A stretch of DNA of 64,000 nt from assembly GCA_037439425.1 (NCBI GenBank), contig JBBIWA010000010.1, positions 41,590 through 105,589 on the forward strand, written 5' to 3'. This document shows positions 57,004 to 64,000 of this stretch, piece by piece (within the stretch, counting starts at the first letter, position 1; each line of letters starts with the position of its first letter). The position numbers and the translations under genes are program-made. The notes below the pieces were generated by a model. That model did no database searches and was not told the DNA's origin. It was given only the letters and a program-made list of their open reading frames with translations. This DNA comes from Acidobacteriota bacterium (GTDB taxonomy: Bacteria; Acidobacteriota; Blastocatellia; RBC074).

Positions 57004-58197
57004 TTAGATAACCCCCTCTTTTCGGAACAGAGCTATCTCTTCCTCATTGAAACCCAACTCTCGCAGCACCTCATCAGTGTGTTCGCCAAGCTCTGGAGCG
57101 CGATGACGCACTGCTCCCGGAGTTTTAGAAAGCCTGACTGGAGTCTCAGCCACGGGCACCGCTTTGGGAGTGCCGGGAAAGTCGACGTATTTTAATAACC
57201 CAAGTGCTTTCACTTGCGGATCAGCCAGCACCTCTTCCAGATTATAAATCGGGCCGCAGGGAATGCGCGCGGTTTCCAACTGCCTGACTGCTTCAGCCGT
57301 GGTGCGCTTGGCGGCCCAGGCTGACATGACTTCGTTGATCAGCTCGTGGTTGTTAGCGCGCGTAAGGTCATCGGCGCAGCGCGGATCAGCGATCAAATCC
57401 TCGCGACCCATCAGGCGCGCCCAGCGTTTGAACATTGGCTGGCCGTTGACCAGCACGATGATCCAGCCATCTGAGGTTTGATAGGTGTCGGCAGGCGCAG
57501 CGTAGAATCCCGTATTGCCTTGTTGCTGGCGATTGGCCTTGAGGACATATTGCTCGGCCAGGAGCGATTGCATAAATGTCACGCCGGTCGCCAACAGGGA
57601 AGCGTCAACCACCTGTCCGCGCCCGGTCTTTTGCTTCTCGTATAGGGCCACCATCGCCCCGAAGGCCGCATGCAGCGCTGTGCCGAAGTCTTCAAAGTTG
57701 ACAATGCTGCGCACAGGCGTTCCGGGAAAACCCGTCAAACTCATCGCGCCTGACATGGCCTGGACGACCGGATCAAAGCCCACTCGATGGGCATACGGGC
57801 CATCAGGGCCGAAGGTCGAAATGCGCACCAGGATGATCTCTTCTTTGATCGCTTTGAGTGACTGGTAATCCAGCTCCAGCTTGCGCAAGACATCGATCGG
57901 CAAATTAGCAATCACCACATCAGCGCTGGCGATTAAGCGTCGTTTGATCTCGCGGCTGTTAGGATGCGCTGGGTCGAGCGTGATCCCTTTTTTGTTGCGG
58001 TTCAAGCCGATAAACATCCCGCCTGCGCCGCTTCCCGAAAGCGGCCCGAGGTAGCGATCTTCGCTCCCCTCTCGGCGCTCGACGCGAATGACTTCAGCAC
58101 CCATATCGGCCAGCAAGGCAGCGCAGTAGGGAGCAGCAATGTAACGACCGAAATCAATTACTCGAATACCCGCCAGGGGAGCCCTCATCAATATCAT
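57004..58197 (-). CDS. CaiB/BaiF family III CoA transferase
   Basis: [34 protein letters not shown]. Confidence 0.93.
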   Translation of the reverse strand: MILMRAPLAGIRVIDFGRYIAAPYCAALLADMGAEVIRVERREGSEDRYLGPLSGSGAGGMFIGLNRNKKGITLDPAHPNSREIKRRLIASADVVIANLPIDVLRKLELDYQSLKAIKEEIILVRISTFGPDGPYAHRVGFDPVVQAMSGAMSLTGFPGTPVRSIVNFEDFGTALHAAFGAMVALYEKQKTGRGQVVDASLLATGVTFMQSLLAEQYVLKANRQQQGNTGFYAAPADTYQTSDGWIIVLVNGQPMFKRWARLMGREDLIADPRCADDLTRANNHELINEVMSAWAAKRTTAEAVRQLETARIPCGPIYNLEEVLADPQVKALGLLKYVDFPGTPKAVPVAETPVRLSKTPGAVRHRAPELGEHTDEVLRELGFNEEEIALFRKEGVI

Positions 58198-58254
58198 CTC
58201 CTTTCCCAGCAATTAGACCGAAGAAGTAGTGCAGCACCATGGACAATTACTTGA

Positions 58255-58695
58255 TCAGGGCAGGTGTTCCATCTCGTCCGGGTCTTTATATCTTCCATTG
58301 GCCTTCTTGTTGATCTTCAGATGATTCAAGCTAATGAGATTGACTTCGACTCCGTCTATCATATCAACCACTCGTTCAGCATAAGACTCGTCAAAACTTA
58401 CGCCTGAAATAGTGGTGGTAACTTCAATGCGCATAGGTGGCTGCCCCAGGCGGACTATGCTGTGATCCTGTAGGAAAAGATCAGGTGATAAATCAGGCAG
58501 GCCAAACCCAAACTCCTGCAGAACAGAGACCATCCGTTCGGCATTGTCGGGGTGCCGGGCAATCCAAATGTCAATAGTTGCCCTTGGGTAGCCAAGATAG
58601 CCGACGGCATATCCGCCAATCAGCAGGTACTCAACTCCATGGGCGTGGAGCAAGCTCAAGAATTCTTTGAAGTCTTTCGGTAGCCCTATCTCCAT
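58255..58695 (-). CDS. Nucleotidyltransferase-like protein (possibly degenerate)
   Basis: VEYLLIGGYAV, GYPRAT, NKKANGRYKD. Confidence 0.75.
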   Translation of the reverse strand: MEIGLPKDFKEFLSLLHAHGVEYLLIGGYAVGYLGYPRATIDIWIARHPDNAERMVSVLQEFGFGLPDLSPDLFLQDHSIVRLGQPPMRIEVTTTISGVSFDESYAERVVDMIDGVEVNLISLNHLKINKKANGRYKDPDEMEHLP

Positions 58696-58846
58696 AATTT
58701 ATCAGGCGCAGGATTTCAATCTGTTGCAAGCGCTCCTGAGGGGTTCGGGAGAGCCAGTAAACTTTTTTGTCGGACTCGTCGAACAAAGGGGCTGTTGAAA
58801 AGGCCGTCTTATCCAACTTGAGAAGTGATAAAGCGTCAGTTGCCAT
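58631..58846 (-). CDS. Small protein paired with the nucleotidyltransferase (putative antitoxin)
   Basis: YWLSRTPQERL...RLQRILE; SD AAGGAG; overlaps the downstream gene. Confidence 0.65.
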   Translation of the reverse strand: MATDALSLLKLDKTAFSTAPLFDESDKKVYWLSRTPQERLQQIEILRLINYGDRATERLQRILELAPRPWS

Positions 58847-58943
58847 ATAGCGTGCACTCCTTGTCTAATTATACTCGTTATACTCGATCGCCCTGATGAC
58901 GATAGCGAGTGCCCAACTTCTTGCGAGCTTGTGCGGCGGCGAT

Positions 58944-61469
<2,526 letters not shown>

Positions 61470-61537
61470 GAAAATTCCTCCGTAACTAAGGATGGGTTTT
61501 GCCTGAGATGAGTGACAGGAATAGAAAGCAACGATTT

Positions 61538-61750
61538 TTACTTTGCTGGCGCTTCGCCTTTGATTCGTTCTACCAGCTCTTCGGCGTGCTCCATTGCTTC
61601 AAGCATCGCGAGCGTCTCAGGATTGACTGCTTCCATTAGCATCAACTCAGGGTAGTCGAGCACGCAGATGGTGCAGCCGGAACGGCAACAGAGTTGCAAC
61701 AGATGCCGCGCTTTTACGGGCTTGGTTAATTGATTCTGTCTTTGGTTCAT
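61538..61750 (-). CDS. Small Cys-motif protein (CCxSGCxxCV)
   Basis: ATG at 61750 gives 70 aa; CCRSGCTICVLDY resembles the oxidoreductase-like N-terminal metal-binding motif. Confidence 0.55.
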   Translation of the reverse strand: MNQRQNQLTKPVKARHLLQLCCRSGCTICVLDYPELMLMEAVNPETLAMLEAMEHAEELVERIKGEAPAK

Positions 61751-61911
61751 CTCTTCAGTTGCCACCTGGTCTTCCCTCTTCAGTCCGCCACTCCGATGGA
61801 GTTCAAGCAAGAGATTTGCAGGCATAATCTTCACCGCCAAGCTCACGAGGCAGGCGAAGAAATTCCTCCTCGTTCTTCCGTGCTCTTTGTGTCCTTCGTG
61901 GTTTTCACGAA

Positions 61912-62733
61912 CTATTTCCCTTTGAATGACGGCTGGCGTTTCTCGACAAAAGCATTCAGTCCTTCGGTCGCATCTTCGGACTCAAACAACTGTTGTTGTA
62001 GCTCACGTTCGAGCGCTAGGCCAGATTCAAATGGCATCTCCAAACCTGACTGGACTGCGCGTTTGATCTTTCCCACGGCGGCTGCGGCTTTGGCAGGCGG
62101 AGCGAACTGCGTGGCATAGTTCATCACCTGAGCCATAAAGTCTTCGCTCGGAAAGAGGTGATTGATGAGGCCGATCTCTTTCGCCTGCTCGAAGTCAAAG
62201 GTTGCGCCGAGTACCATCATTTCAATCGCACGCGATTTGCCAATGAGCCGCGCCAGCCGCTGCGTCCCGCCAGTGCCAGGCAGCAGGCCGAGATTGATCT
62301 CCGGCAACCCGATCTTGCCTGCGCCTTGGCGGGCAATACGAATGTCAGCGGCCAGCGCGATCTCCAGACCGCCGCCTACCGTGTGGCCATTGAGCGCCGC
62401 GATGACCAGTTTCGGCGTCTGCTCCAGACGGTTGAGCGTCTCATTAGCATGCAGACAAAAGTAGTATTTGAATCGTGGCGTGACCTCAGCCAGCATGTTG
62501 ATGTTGGCTCCGGCGGAAAAGAACTTGTCACCTGCGCCGGTCACTACGATCACGTAAATGTCATCGTCAAAGCGCGCGCGCAAGATCGCTTCGTCCAGCT
62601 CGCGCATCATCTCGTAGGTGTAAGCATTGGCTGGTGGATCATTCAATTCCAGCACAGCAATTCCGCCTTCCGCGCGGTAATTGACGCGCGCGCTGGCGGA
62701 ACCTGACTCGGTCATCAGTTTAGCTTCACTCAT
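61912..62733 (-). CDS. Enoyl-CoA hydratase/isomerase family protein
   Basis: FFSAGAN, GGGLEIAL, GLPEINLGLLPGTGGTQRL; start at 62733 (extension is repeat-derived). Confidence 0.92.
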   Translation of the reverse strand: MSEAKLMTESGSASARVNYRAEGGIAVLELNDPPANAYTYEMMRELDEAILRARFDDDIYVIVVTGAGDKFFSAGANINMLAEVTPRFKYYFCLHANETLNRLEQTPKLVIAALNGHTVGGGLEIALAADIRIARQGAGKIGLPEINLGLLPGTGGTQRLARLIGKSRAIEMMVLGATFDFEQAKEIGLINHLFPSEDFMAQVMNYATQFAPPAKAAAAVGKIKRAVQSGLEMPFESGLALERELQQQLFESEDATEGLNAFVEKRQPSFKGK

Positions 62734-62881
62734 CGGCAGCCATCCTTTCTGTGGCCTGGTTGTTAGTTTGGATGGGAGATATGGAAGAGTCATCTTACAG
62801 CGGTTTTCAGTGGCGTGTCTAGATGAATGGGTTTGACTGACGGCTGATGCCTGAGCTCTGACAACTGGGGTGGGAGAAAAT

Positions 62882-63049
62882 CCTCCTGCGGAAGGTCCCG
62901 GGAGCGCACGCATCCTTGCGTGCTCGGTCTTCGTCAAGCAAGCCATTACCGAAGACCGAGCACGCTCGCAAGCGTGCGCTCGTGAGGTTCTCATCGTTTC
63001 TCTGGGCGTCGTCCGTGACGACCTGAAAGACTTCTCGGAAAATCCCTGA
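62882..63049. repeat. Single family A unit plus linker
   Basis: CTCCTGCGGAAGGTCCCGGGAGCGCACGCATCCTTGCGTGC, class I spacer, linker ending TCGGAAAATCCCTG. Confidence 0.92.
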
Positions 63050-63326
63050 GTAGACTGCTGGGCCGCCAGCAATTCACTTTCATGGCTTTCAGAGCGTTTG
63101 AGATCGGTCATCAGTTTTCAGTGGTCAGATGCTAGTAAGCGTTCGCCACTTGAACGCCTGGAAAACGCTGTAATTAATAACCCGCGAGACTGTCAATCAG
63201 TGAAACTGTGAGCCGTAGGGAGTGCGTGAAACCACAGTCTGCGCTCAGAATCACCGGATTCAGATACTCAGAAATTGTCCGTCAAGGTAGATACTTTTAC
63301 GCAGGTGCGAAAGGAGCCACCAGAAG

Positions 63327-63335
63327 TGGTATAAT
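63327..63335 (+). promoter_or_regulatory. Extended -10 promoter element
   Basis: TGGTATAAT about 90 nt upstream of ATG 63428. Confidence 0.5.
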
Positions 63336-63427
63336 GGCGCGGCTGTAAACCAAACCAATTAGTCCCTGATCCTTAGCTTCTAAGCCGCGGCCGCAGGGTG
63401 GAGATTAAGAACCGGGGAGCAGCGATC

Positions 63428-64000
63428 ATGCGCATAAGTTGGGAACCGAGCGTTGGCGCTCGACATCTGATGGTAAGCGTAGGATTGGTGTGGTTAATCA
63501 TCCTCCTCTTGACGCTCTTCACCTATGCGCGGTTGATCAATTTCAAGCTCGACTCGAAACGCGAGGCCGAGAAGCGCGTGGCCGACTACCTTTTCCAGGC
63601 CGCCCAGCAGGCGATTCTCAACCATCCGCAGCAGGCACCGGAGCAAGCCATCAGGGAAGATGCAGCCGTGCGCTGGTTGCTGGAGGCCAGCGTAGGCACA
63701 GATAAAGATTTCGCCTATCTCGCCATCATCTCGACCGAAGGCGTGACGATTGCTGAGGCTGACCCGCAACAAATTCGCCAGGCCAGGCAGCGGATTGCGC
63801 CGATTGAGGAGTTGGAAGAGGCACGCCTGCTGCGCCAGATGCTTGCACTTGGCCAGCACGATCGCATCTATGAGGTGGCCATCCCGCTGAGTCTGAGCGG
63901 CAAACCTTTCGGCCAGATCGTCGCTGGCATTCCAATGGCTTCTTTGCGAGAAGAGTTGAGCATGCCCTTATGGCTGACCACGACCATCGCGTTGACGGTG
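63428..64000 (+). CDS. Membrane sensor protein N-terminus, probably a histidine kinase (partial)
   Basis: Manual translation is open to the window edge: TM helix, ~140-aa periplasmic domain, start of a second TM; kinase domain not visible. Confidence 0.6.
   Translation, partial: MRISWEPSVGARHLMVSVGLVWLIILLLTLFTYARLINFKLDSKREAEKRVADYLFQAAQQAILNHPQQAPEQAIREDAAVRWLLEASVGTDKDFAYLAIISTEGVTIAEADPQQIRQARQRIAPIEELEEARLLRQMLALGQHDRIYEVAIPLSLSGKPFGQIVAGIPMASLREELSMPLWLTTTIALTV

Overview
GC-rich bacterial chromosomal window, probably Acidobacteriota (inferred from two carboxypeptidase-regulatory/Oar-type TonB-dependent receptors and a Solibacter-type C-terminal domain protein). Positions ~412-45023 form an almost entirely minus-strand, LacI-headed inositol/cyclitol utilisation region: iolB, iolC, a Cgl0159-type aldolase, iolD, iolG, a secreted PIG-L deacetylase, iolA, two TonB receptors, an unknown 549-aa secreted protein, an isomerase, a Zn dehydrogenase, two sugar ABC systems (one with an embedded DDAH/amidinotransferase-fold gene), iolE, nagB, further Gfo/Idh/MocA oxidoreductases and a Na+/solute symporter. 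The right third holds a VapBC-type pair, a cytochrome c / Tat-exported HD-domain protein / MBL-fold cluster and assorted metabolic genes. The most striking non-coding signal is a family of ~13 loci of REP-doublet (REPIN/BIME-like) elements with a few reusable spacer classes. Their ends fall in a Shine-Dalgarno-like motif (ATTTTCCGCAGGAG), so they appear to supply ribosome-binding sites, and once a stop codon, to neighbouring genes. No tRNA, rRNA or CRISPR-Cas was recognised. All protein calls come from motif recognition by eye, not database searches.
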